A stretch of DNA of 19,089 nucleotides, taken from positions 1 to 19,089 of the forward strand of contig CAYMED010000028.1 in assembly GCA_964389655.1 (NCBI GenBank), in the 5' to 3' direction. Below are positions 1 through 7,524 of this stretch, one piece after another. Within the stretch, counting starts at the first letter, position 1. Each line of letters opens with the position of its first letter. The notes under the pieces are model-generated. The model was given only the letters and a program-made list of their open reading frames with translations, was not told where the DNA came from and did not search any database. The position numbers and the translations under genes were made by a program. The DNA is from an uncultured Candidatus Poseidoniales archaeon. GTDB taxonomy: Archaea > Thermoplasmatota > Poseidoniia > Poseidoniales > CAYMED01.

Positions 1-1
1 G

Positions 2-283
2 GGAGCAATCGTCGACATAGATGGATGTGCTGCCAATCAGTACGACACCGATGGAGATGGGGTTCATGACGGTGATGATGCGTGCCCACGTACGCCAGTG
101 GGCACTGAGGTCAATTCGTTTGGATGCCCTGAAGAGGAGGACAGCAGTCCAGCTGCAGAGGAGGAAGAAGCAGAGGCCGCGTTAGTGCCTGGATTCTCAA
201 TTCTCTCAACTGTTGCTGGAGTAGTGTTGGCTGCAATGGTGATTACTTCCCGCCGAATTGGTCAGGAATGTTTAGACCGCTGA
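2..283 (+). CDS. 3' end of a secreted cell-surface protein (5' part lies left of the window): thrombospondin type-3-like Ca-binding repeat, acidic linker, PGF-CTERM archaeal sorting signal
   Basis: Frame 2 is open from base 2: GAIVDIDGCAANQYDTDGDGVHDGDDACPRTPVGTEVNSFGCP follows the DxDxDGxxDxxDxCP...GC pattern of TSP type-3 repeats. It is followed by an E/A/S-rich linker and LVPGFSILSTVAGVVLAAMVITSRR (PGF, hydrophobic helix, basic tail). Stop TGA at 281-283. Confidence 0.75.
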   Translation, partial: GAIVDIDGCAANQYDTDGDGVHDGDDACPRTPVGTEVNSFGCPEEEDSSPAAEEEEAEAALVPGFSILSTVAGVVLAAMVITSRRIGQECLDR

Positions 284-409
284 ACCAAGCGCCGTGCGCG
301 TTGACCCGCTCTTTCTCAGTAGTCATAGTTTCGACTATCGGGCAATTGTAATCTTTCGCCAGTCCTAATTCTCAGCGAAGCATTCATCCAAGTCACAAAG
401 AAGGGAACA

Positions 410-1534
410 GTGATGAGCGAAAGCACACGCGCTGCAAAGCGCGTTACTGTCTTGGGCGGAATCATAGACCTGCTTCTTGGTGCTGCCAAATTAGCCATTG
501 GAATTATCGCACATTCAGCAGCGTTGGTTGCTGATGCCATCCATAGCCTAAGCGATTTATTTTCCGACATCATTGTTTGGCTTGGTGTTCGAGCAGGTGA
601 ACAAGGTCCTGATGAGGATCATCCCTATGGCCATCGCCGATATGAAACACTAGCCACCCTTGTTGTTGGAATACTCATTACTACCACTGCACTAGGCATC
701 ATTGCAGATGCATTGTGGCGTTTGCAAGAACGTGAAATCACAAATCCAAGCATGACCGCGTTGGTTGTTGCCATCATTTCTGTTGTTGTGAAGGAAGGGC
801 TTTTTCGCATTACGAGAAAGCAGGCTAGAGACCATAATATGCACATTCTTGATGCAAATGCACAGCACCATCGCTCAGATGCACTTTCATCCGTTGTGGT
901 TGTAGTTGGACTTATAGGGGTAGCAAGTGGAATTTCGATCCTTGACCTCATTGCAGCACTTGTTGTCGGCATGATGCTCCTTCGAATTGGGTTGAAAATA
1001 TTCGGAAATTCAATTCATGAAATGACGGAAGCAGGAGTGGATGGGGACAAAAAAACGATGATTGAAAAAGTGATCATGGCCGAAAAAGGAGTTGAGGCAG
1101 TCCACTTGTTACGTACTCGTCGGATTTCTGACGACATTATTGCAGAAGTGCATGTACAAGTAAATCCGCGCATATCAGTAACCGTGGGCCATCAAATCGC
1201 AGAACGTGTTCGCACCTCAATGGTTGAAAACATACCCCATTTCGTCGAAGCAACAGTACATATTGATCCCGAAGATGATGAAGAGGAATCGGTCATCTTG
1301 CCATGTTATTTCACCCTAATGGCACAGATTAAGGATGAAATTTCGGGCATAGAGGATGCGCATTTAGACGAAGAGCCGATGCTGCATATGTTGACTACAG
1401 GGATTGAGGTACACCTAGTATTATCATCTGAAACAAAATTTGAAATCGCAGAGAGCATATGCAATGTGGTACAAGAAAAGGTATTGGCTATTGAAAATAT
1501 ATCACAATGCTTTGTCCGACTTGCTTTGCATTAA
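410..1534 (+). CDS. Cation diffusion facilitator (CDF) family divalent-metal efflux transporter with an extra C-terminal domain
   Basis: CDF signatures are present: TM2 AIHSLSDLFSD, loop DEDHPYGHRRYETLA, TM5 AQHHRSDALSS (an HxxxD/HxxxD metal site), six hydrophobic segments, and a cytoplasmic domain GVEAVHLLRTRR...ATVHIDPED. GTG at 410 is immediately followed by ATG at 413. At 374 aa it is about 80-90 aa longer than typical CDFs. Confidence 0.9.
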   Translation: MMSESTRAAKRVTVLGGIIDLLLGAAKLAIGIIAHSAALVADAIHSLSDLFSDIIVWLGVRAGEQGPDEDHPYGHRRYETLATLVVGILITTTALGIIADALWRLQEREITNPSMTALVVAIISVVVKEGLFRITRKQARDHNMHILDANAQHHRSDALSSVVVVVGLIGVASGISILDLIAALVVGMMLLRIGLKIFGNSIHEMTEAGVDGDKKTMIEKVIMAEKGVEAVHLLRTRRISDDIIAEVHVQVNPRISVTVGHQIAERVRTSMVENIPHFVEATVHIDPEDDEEESVILPCYFTLMAQIKDEISGIEDAHLDEEPMLHMLTTGIEVHLVLSSETKFEIAESICNVVQEKVLAIENISQCFVRLALH

Positions 1535-1583
1535 ACCGAATAACAATGGCGACATTGAAGGGCGGTATTGCTTACGCCCCGCC

Positions 1584-2903
1584 GTGGCTTGTGAGAAACC
1601 TACCCCCATCGACGAGGAAGGCTCCGAAGCCATCTCTCGTTTGCTCCCAAACCATGCATTAGCCAAAGTAGGGGATGACACAATCTTTGCTTGGTTAGCT
1701 AGATGCCGAATTGCTTCTAAGCAAGGCCAGAAAGTGATCAATGGAACGGTTGGGAGCTTACTTGAGAATGATGGGTCATTAGCTGTAAACAAGATGGTGG
1801 CAAATGTTCTTCGAGAACAAACTGACATCGACCTCGCTGCTTATGCACCTCTTTTGGGGCTTCCTCGGATACGGGAGATCGCGCCTAAATTATCCCTAGG
1901 AGAGGAGGTCGCCAGCCTCAAGGAAGCGGGTATTCAGGTTGAAACCATCTGCACACCCGGAGGGACTGGTGGCCTCTACCTCACGATTCGAAACCTTCTC
2001 GAGCCAGGGGATGCATTGCTGCTCCGGGACTGCCACTGGGGGCCATACAGAACCATTGCTGAAGAATGCAATGCGACGATTACCACATGGCCGATCCTTG
2101 CTGAAGACGGAGCCTCAGTGGCTACTGATGAACTTGAAGATACACTCAAAGATCTCTTAGCCTGTCAGCCAAGGGTACTCACTTGGCTCAATGATCCCGC
2201 CCATAATCCCACAGGGCTATCTCTTGATTCGAAAGGTCGAGAAAGCATCTTGCTCACCCTTGCCGAGGCTGCACGGTCCCATCCTGAGCAGAGCGTCTCC
2301 CTCATTCTTGATGGAGCATATCAGGCCTATGCAACAGAACCCCATGGATGGGGCGAAACACTTGCTAAATTTGCTAAATCCACCGAAGAATGGCCCGAAA
2401 ATTTCCTTGTGTGTACGGCATTTAGTGCGTCAAAATCCCATACGATGTATGGGCAAAGGTTTGGTGCTCTTGTGATGATTCACCCATCAGCAGCAGTCTT
2501 GTCAAGGCTCCTTGAAGTGATGCTTCATACAGGAAGAGGAACGTGGTCTGGAGCAAACCGGCTAGCACAATCTACGGTTCATGCAATCCAATCTGATCCC
2601 GAGAAGAAGAAACAATGGGCGTTAGAGCGAGATCGAATGAAACGTTTACTTCAGAGGAGAAGAAGGAATTTCAATCAACATGCCGAAAGACAAAACGTCC
2701 CTATATTTCCAAACCATGATGGATACTTTGCCTTCCTTCCTTGTCAAGATCCAGAATCTATCGCAGAATATTGTGCATCGAAGGGGCTGTATATAGTCCC
2801 CCTTGAAGGTGGAGTTCGGATTGGCTTATGCTCAATCCCAGAAGACAAAATCGAAGAAACCACGCGAATCCTTGCAGGCGCGTGGCAAAATATAGGCACG
2901 TGA
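1584..2903 (+). CDS. Class I (AspC/TyrB-like) pyridoxal-phosphate aminotransferase (aspartate/aromatic amino acid)
   Basis: By eye it is collinear with E. coli AspC: TPGGTGGL, NDPAHNPTGLSL, LILDGAYQAY, PLP-lysine motif FSASKSHTMYGQRFGAL, GYFAFLP. The ORF is open from TTG 1440 (ATG 1464, TTG 1512/1521), but those starts overlap the CDF gene by 14-95 nt and add non-homologous sequence. GTG 1584 leaves about 16 aa before the conserved N-terminus. The start is uncertain; the stop at 2901-2903 is firm. Confidence 0.85.
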   Translation: MACEKPTPIDEEGSEAISRLLPNHALAKVGDDTIFAWLARCRIASKQGQKVINGTVGSLLENDGSLAVNKMVANVLREQTDIDLAAYAPLLGLPRIREIAPKLSLGEEVASLKEAGIQVETICTPGGTGGLYLTIRNLLEPGDALLLRDCHWGPYRTIAEECNATITTWPILAEDGASVATDELEDTLKDLLACQPRVLTWLNDPAHNPTGLSLDSKGRESILLTLAEAARSHPEQSVSLILDGAYQAYATEPHGWGETLAKFAKSTEEWPENFLVCTAFSASKSHTMYGQRFGALVMIHPSAAVLSRLLEVMLHTGRGTWSGANRLAQSTVHAIQSDPEKKKQWALERDRMKRLLQRRRRNFNQHAERQNVPIFPNHDGYFAFLPCQDPESIAEYCASKGLYIVPLEGGVRIGLCSIPEDKIEETTRILAGAWQNIGT

Positions 2904-2909
2904 CTTCTA

Positions 2910-2947
2910 GTGATTACGGCAGCAATCACGCCTTAAGCAAGTTTTTA
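2910..2947 (+). terminator. Putative terminator: hairpin GTGATT-N8-AATCAC followed by a T5 tract
   Basis: A 6-bp perfect inverted repeat (2910-2915 / 2924-2929) lies 7 nt after the aminotransferase stop. GTTTTTAC (T5 at 2942-2946) follows, and oligo-T tracts are the usual archaeal termination signal. Confidence 0.3.
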
Positions 2948-2957
2948 CTCGATCAAA

Positions 2958-2965
2958 TTGATAAT
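2958..2965 (+). promoter_or_regulatory. TATA-like box (TTGATAAT) for a leaderless bioY transcript
   Basis: This A/T-rich octamer lies 23-30 nt upstream of ATG 2988 with no Shine-Dalgarno motif between them. The spacing fits an archaeal TATA box for a leaderless mRNA. Confidence 0.3.
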
Positions 2966-2987
2966 CACCAATTCCACCTCATTGCTG

Positions 2988-3584
2988 ATGTTCGCAGAAG
3001 TATCATGGGCAAAACCAATCCGATGGCACCTTGATTTCAGTGCCGAAGAAAGAACAATTTTCGAGCGGCTGATCCTCATCTCTTTCTTTGCGGGACTCAC
3101 TTGCTTGCTAGCTCAAATTGCATTTCTCACACCATATTCGCCAGTTCCGTTTACGGGCCAAGTACTTGGAGTACTAGGCACCGGCGTATACTTGCGACGC
3201 AATGATGCATTTGCATCTGGTGCACTCTACATCGGAATTGGAGCAATCGGATTGCCAGTATATGCGGAAGGAGCAAGTGGCTTGGAAACCCTCTTTGGAG
3301 TCACGGGAGGGTATCTGATTGCGTTCCCAATCGCAAGTGCACTTGTTGCAGAAGGATTTGACCGCGCACGCCTTGCTGGAGAAATAACACCTCTCGTTCA
3401 GTGGGGATGCTGGATAGGAGCGATGGCTATGATTTATGCAATTGGAGCAACATGGCTGGCATTTTCACTTGATACAACTGCTGCAAAAGCATGGGAGTGG
3501 GGCGTGAAACCATTCATTCTTTGGGATCTATCCAAAATGGTTGTACTTGCTGGAATCACAACCCATATGTGGTCCTACAAATAA
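2988..3584 (+). CDS. bioY: BioY family biotin transporter (S component)
   Basis: Polytopic membrane protein with BioY-type motifs PFTGQVLGVLGTGVYLR and GVTGGYLIAFPIASALVAEG. The ORF is open from TTG 2958, but ATG 2988 is the first ATG and sits about 27 nt downstream of a TATA-like box. Confidence 0.8.
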   Translation: MFAEVSWAKPIRWHLDFSAEERTIFERLILISFFAGLTCLLAQIAFLTPYSPVPFTGQVLGVLGTGVYLRRNDAFASGALYIGIGAIGLPVYAEGASGLETLFGVTGGYLIAFPIASALVAEGFDRARLAGEITPLVQWGCWIGAMAMIYAIGATWLAFSLDTTAAKAWEWGVKPFILWDLSKMVVLAGITTHMWSYK

Positions 3585-3587
3585 TCA

Positions 3588-4436
3588 TCAAGGGTTCGTT
3601 GTTGGATCCCACCCCGTAACGAGGCCTTCCTCAAGTTTAGAAAGTGCTTGACGTGCACTTTCATCCATTTTTACATCTAGAGCAGATAGATTCTCCTTAA
3701 TCCGCTCTGGAGTAACCGATTTTGGAATGCTCACATATCCACAGTCAAGACCCCAAGCAATCAGAAGCTGGGCAGCTGAACAACCTAGGCGGTCTGCTTC
3801 AGACTGAAGGCGCTCATCATCAAGGCGGATCGCCTTTGTAAGAGGGGAATAGGCCTCAATAACGATGTCTCGGTCGATGATGCCAGAAACAAGGCTCGGC
3901 CGAGACAAATAAGGTGAGATCTCAATTTGATTGATGCAGGGGCGCGGGCCCGGAAGTGCAAGTATTTCATCGAGATGATGTAATCCAAAATTTGAGACGC
4001 CGATGGAACGAGTCATTCCTAATGCAAGTGCTTTCTGCATTCCCCTCCAAGTTTCTGCACGCCTATCGGGATCAGGTGGTGCATGGATCAGATATAGATC
4101 GACGTATCCAAATCCCAATCGTGAAAGGCTAGATTCTAGGCCTTCGATGGCACCCTCATATCCATGTTGCGAGGACCATAGCTTCGTTGTAACAAACACC
4201 TCACTTCGGTCAAGGCCACTACACCGAACTGCCTCGCCCACAGAGGCTTCATTACGATAACTCATGGCTGTATCGATATGTCGATATCCAATCTCTAGTG
4301 CATATTCAACTGCTGCTTGAGTTGTCTTACCGGGTTCGGATTGATATACACCCAAGCCAATAATTGGGATCTCAATGGATTCGGTAGAATTTTGTCCATG
4401 TGCAAGGCGAATAGTGGGGCCACCTGGCAATTGCAT
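3588..4436 (-). CDS. Aldo/keto reductase (2,5-diketo-D-gluconate reductase-like, AKR superfamily)
   Basis: AKR motifs are present: IIGLGVYQ, GYRHIDTAMSYRNE (Asp and Tyr of the tetrad), FVTTKLW (Lys), DLYLIHAP (His), IGVSNF, IPKSVTPERI. The ORF is open to 4589, but the extra 51 codons are not AKR-like and overlap the divergent gene. ATG 4436 has AGGGGA 5-10 nt upstream and gives 282 aa, the typical family size. Confidence 0.85.
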   Translation of the reverse strand: MQLPGGPTIRLAHGQNSTESIEIPIIGLGVYQSEPGKTTQAAVEYALEIGYRHIDTAMSYRNEASVGEAVRCSGLDRSEVFVTTKLWSSQHGYEGAIEGLESSLSRLGFGYVDLYLIHAPPDPDRRAETWRGMQKALALGMTRSIGVSNFGLHHLDEILALPGPRPCINQIEISPYLSRPSLVSGIIDRDIVIEAYSPLTKAIRLDDERLQSEADRLGCSAAQLLIAWGLDCGYVSIPKSVTPERIKENLSALDVKMDESARQALSKLEEGLVTGWDPTTNP

Positions 4437-4464
4437 ATTTTCCCCTATACCGATCAGTCTTTGA

Positions 4465-5259
4465 ATGACTCGCTGTGTAACCGGGATTGTGAGTTCTGGA
4501 GGCCTAGAACGCCCTAGAAAGAGGCCGATTCGAATAGCGAATTGGGTCATTGGAATATCTGGATTCTTCTTCATTTTGTTCATTATCACCCCACTTACAT
4601 TGCCTGAAAATTCAGTACCTGAGCTCTCAGGACGTGCAAACCGGATTGATTATCTCACCCACAATGGATTATGGAGTTGGGGTAATCATGACCATGGAGA
4701 AAGAGCAACATATGGTCATGATCAAATCAGCCATGGCACATTTTCTGCAACAGATCTGAACCCCATTGCTGCCTTCACCTACATATTTGGAGACCTGAAT
4801 TGCCATCAAAAACATGAACGTTCGTGGACAATTAATGGAAATCAGATGCCAGTATGCGTGCGAGACGTGGGTATATTCCTTGGGGCCATAATCGGGGGGG
4901 TTGTATTTCGCCAGCGAGGAGAAAATCGCTGGTTAATTCGAGATACATTTCTCTCTGTCCTTCCACAAAAAATCAACAACCAAATTTACAAGTCTAACCG
5001 CAGAACAATGGCATTTCTTATCTTGTTAGCTATTGCCGGGCTTCCACTTGTATTTGATGGAACGATCCAAATGCTCACATCCTATGAATCAACAAACCCG
5101 ATGCGAATGATCACAGGAGTGCCATTTGGCCTAATCATTGCATGGCTTTTTTGTGCATCAATGGCGGCACGCCCATTAGACTACGAAAACGACCCATCCA
5201 ATGTTAAATTACCAACCGGGATGCGATTCATACTACCGCCCATGGATGAAAATGAGTGA
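4465..5259 (+). CDS. DUF2085-like integral membrane protein with a His-rich extracytoplasmic insert
   Basis: GDLNCHQKHERSWTINGNQMPVCVRDVGIFLGAIIGG matches the CHQ...R...P.C.R..G core I associate with DUF2085. There are several TM helices and a His-rich loop WGNHDHGERATYGHDQISHG. ATATTTT at 4435-4441 lies 24-30 nt upstream of ATG 4465. Confidence 0.6.
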   Translation: MTRCVTGIVSSGGLERPRKRPIRIANWVIGISGFFFILFIITPLTLPENSVPELSGRANRIDYLTHNGLWSWGNHDHGERATYGHDQISHGTFSATDLNPIAAFTYIFGDLNCHQKHERSWTINGNQMPVCVRDVGIFLGAIIGGVVFRQRGENRWLIRDTFLSVLPQKINNQIYKSNRRTMAFLILLAIAGLPLVFDGTIQMLTSYESTNPMRMITGVPFGLIIAWLFCASMAARPLDYENDPSNVKLPTGMRFILPPMDENE

Positions 5260-6579
5260 TTACAAATTTGTTGGACCCCACCACTTAATCAGACCCTCAA
5301 CATCAAAAGGTGCTTCTTCATTGGTTCCAGATCCAAGAATAGTGAGGCGGCGGATGACCGATTCCAATTGCGAGACTGTATGGCTGGGCAATGACAAAAA
5401 GACAGATGGCCAATCAATTGTACCCGAGGATTGCTCAACACGACCCAATGACGGAAGAAGAGGATGGATCGCAAGCATCAGCATCGCCAATGGCTGCTGG
5501 TCAAACGAGACCTCAAAGATCCCTTTGTCGCGTGATGAATGACTCGATGAACGCCGAGTCAGCCATTTCAATTCAAACAATTGATGAAGAATTCGTTGGC
5601 TATGGCGTTCAGTTACAAAGCGCACCGGGCCCAAATTTCTGCGTAGTGCTGTATGATCTGAAGGCCCCGCTAAACAAAGAGTTCCCATAATGGCTCCAAT
5701 TGCATGGTTGGCAAGCGTTCTGGGGAGGCCATGTGCAGCATCAGGGTGTCCGCGCCATGCTGCATCTCCTTCTGAAAAGATGGTTGCGGGCGAAAGGCCA
5801 CGCAGCCATTTGGATGATGGTTTGGGGGGTTCCAAGCCAGGAAGGTGAGTTTGTTGCCTTGATTCACCCATCCTTAATTTGAGAAGGGATTCATCGACTT
5901 GCTCACGAGTAACATTTGCAGGGCGTCGGCGCGCATGGATGAATCGATGAAGTTCTGATTTGAGAGATGAGCGCAGATGTGCAATGCCTTGGTCATTCAC
6001 AATGGGGCCGCAAATATGCACATCATCAAAAGGAGCGGGTAAATCGGAACCAAATAACTCAAAATAGGCCGCTCGGACTTTACTGGGAAATTCTCCTTCT
6101 TCAAATATTTCTCGTTTGTTCGATGCTTCTAGTCGAAAAGAGTCATCGATACGCGTACGGGCTAAGCCAGAATGACAGTCTACCCAAATCACAAGATCAG
6201 GACGTAGTGCTGCTGCATTCATTGATGCGACCTCATGAACGCCCACACCACCAACAATTCCCTGATAAGCAAGCGATGAGAAAATATTACGGTCGCTGAT
6301 GACAACAATTCCATCCGATAAGCGGGGAAGAATTTCTGTGTATCCATGGACTAAACGGTCTGCTGCAAACCAAGCCGCTTGCTGATTCGGAGGGATCCCC
6401 TCAAATTGCACTGATTCGATGGCAAGATTGCCTACTGGTGAGCCTCGGCGCGGTTCTGCAGTCATCCAAATAGATGGCATTGTAAATATCTGATCAAGAA
6501 GTTCTGAAAGGATGCGACAGGCAACACCTTTTCCAGAACCATCAGGACCCTCCACTGTGATCAGATACATTAGGTTCAT
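5260..6579 (-). CDS. tmk: Thymidylate (dTMP) kinase domain fused to an uncharacterised ~225-aa C-terminal extension
   Basis: The N-terminal ~205 aa carry the P-loop VEGPDGSGKG, TAEPRRGSPVG, DRNIFSSLAYQG, PDLVIWVDC and a lid/RE.FEE region, all Tmk hallmarks. The frame then stays open for ~225 more codons with no family motif I recognise. 439 aa in total. Confidence 0.8.
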   Translation of the reverse strand: MNLMYLITVEGPDGSGKGVACRILSELLDQIFTMPSIWMTAEPRRGSPVGNLAIESVQFEGIPPNQQAAWFAADRLVHGYTEILPRLSDGIVVISDRNIFSSLAYQGIVGGVGVHEVASMNAAALRPDLVIWVDCHSGLARTRIDDSFRLEASNKREIFEEGEFPSKVRAAYFELFGSDLPAPFDDVHICGPIVNDQGIAHLRSSLKSELHRFIHARRRPANVTREQVDESLLKLRMGESRQQTHLPGLEPPKPSSKWLRGLSPATIFSEGDAAWRGHPDAAHGLPRTLANHAIGAIMGTLCLAGPSDHTALRRNLGPVRFVTERHSQRILHQLFELKWLTRRSSSHSSRDKGIFEVSFDQQPLAMLMLAIHPLLPSLGRVEQSSGTIDWPSVFLSLPSHTVSQLESVIRRLTILGSGTNEEAPFDVEGLIKWWGPTNL

Positions 6580-6645
6580 CGCGCCTGATGGGTGATCAGG
6601 GGAAGAGGATTGCGCGGACTCGAAGAATCGTGAAGTAGTCCGCGG

Positions 6646-7524
6646 TCAGCCTAATCCCGATTCACCAGATGCCCATTGATCCTTAAATTGACGTCGAGAG
6701 AGCAGGACAAGACCCATTCCAAGTAAAATCAGAGATGGGCCAATGAAAATGAAGCCTCGACTAAGCATTGCTAGAGTTGACAAACCGAGAACGCGCCTAT
6801 AGCGTCCACCTTTTCGTGCTTCCCAAGCAGCCCAGAACCCGAAGAAAGAAAATAAAATTGTGAGGATTCCAATTGCAGATCCAACTGCAATAGCAGTTCC
6901 CAATTGCGTGGGATGCCGGTCATCCTCCTCTACGGTCTTACCGGCTCCAGGCATTGTGATCGTGCGTTCAATTGAGTCGGAAGGGCTGATGAGAAGTTCA
7001 TAACGACCTTCACCAGCCATTTCAGATGTCAAACGCATATCGCTCTCCGAGGATGCTGTGAAACGGAACCGCCCGTCAGAGGTCGTTTTTGCGACATGCA
7101 GAACGACCCCTTCAAGCGTCTCCAACTGGATTGTCGCATTCTCGACAGGGGCTCCGTCAACGCTTAGCACCAATCCACTTACAACCAAGTTTGATCCACC
7201 GGAAAACAGGGAAGATTCAGCAACTTCCCCGGGGTCAGCACTGATAAGTAAGGCACCTGTGATTAGACCAACGATGCTCCCTACAAAGATGAGAAGTGCA
7301 GCTAAATCAAGTGTTAGATTTTGTTCCGATGCAGAAACGAGTACGCTAGGCAGTCGAGAACGAACAAAATCCTCTGTTGTACGTGGTTCGTTGGCCGAAT
7401 CAAGTGTGTCTTCAACCCAGGCATCTGCTTCTTCCTGAGCGCGTTTATCCTCTGCTCGTTCCCTCTCTAAACGAGCACGGATGCGCTTTCGGACTTTAGT
7501 CTGTGGATTTTCGTCTAAACTCAT
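6646..7524 (-). CDS. Polytopic membrane protein with a charged cytoplasmic N-terminus and an extracytoplasmic carboxypeptidase-regulatory-like beta-sandwich segment
   Basis: The N-terminus KVRKRIRARLERERAEDKRAQEE is highly charged and is followed by a TM helix (LAALLIFVGSIVGLITGALLI). VVSGLVLSVDGAPVENATIQLETLEGVVLHVAKTTSDGRFRF resembles CarboxypepD_reg-type domains. Two further hydrophobic segments follow. ATG 7524 overlaps the upstream stop as ATGA, and the 26-codon extension to 7602 is probably not translated. Confidence 0.65.
   Translation of the reverse strand: MSLDENPQTKVRKRIRARLERERAEDKRAQEEADAWVEDTLDSANEPRTTEDFVRSRLPSVLVSASEQNLTLDLAALLIFVGSIVGLITGALLISADPGEVAESSLFSGGSNLVVSGLVLSVDGAPVENATIQLETLEGVVLHVAKTTSDGRFRFTASSESDMRLTSEMAGEGRYELLISPSDSIERTITMPGAGKTVEEDDRHPTQLGTAIAVGSAIGILTILFSFFGFWAAWEARKGGRYRRVLGLSTLAMLSRGFIFIGPSLILLGMGLVLLSRRQFKDQWASGESGLG

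Noticed and set aside
1440-1583. Upstream starts (TTG 1440, ATG 1464, TTG 1512/1521) for the aminotransferase
   Set aside because: They overlap the CDF gene by 14-95 nt and add sequence with no counterpart in AspC-type enzymes. They are not excluded outright, since TTG 1512/1521 remain possible, so the start is marked uncertain.
4437-4589. 51-codon N-terminal extension of the aldo/keto reductase ORF (start at 4589)
   Set aside because: The extension has no AKR similarity and would overlap the divergent DUF2085-like gene by 125 nt. The internal ATG 4436 has an SD-like AGGGGA and gives the canonical family length.
5201-6299. Four plus-strand ORFs (5201-5542, 5391-5690, 5700-5882, 5967-6299) opposite the tmk-fusion gene, raising the question of whether its C-terminal half is really coding
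   Set aside because: None exceeds 113 aa, they sit in different frames, and none has a recognisable motif or start context, whereas the minus frame is open for 439 codons. I kept the minus-strand call but flagged the extension for verification.
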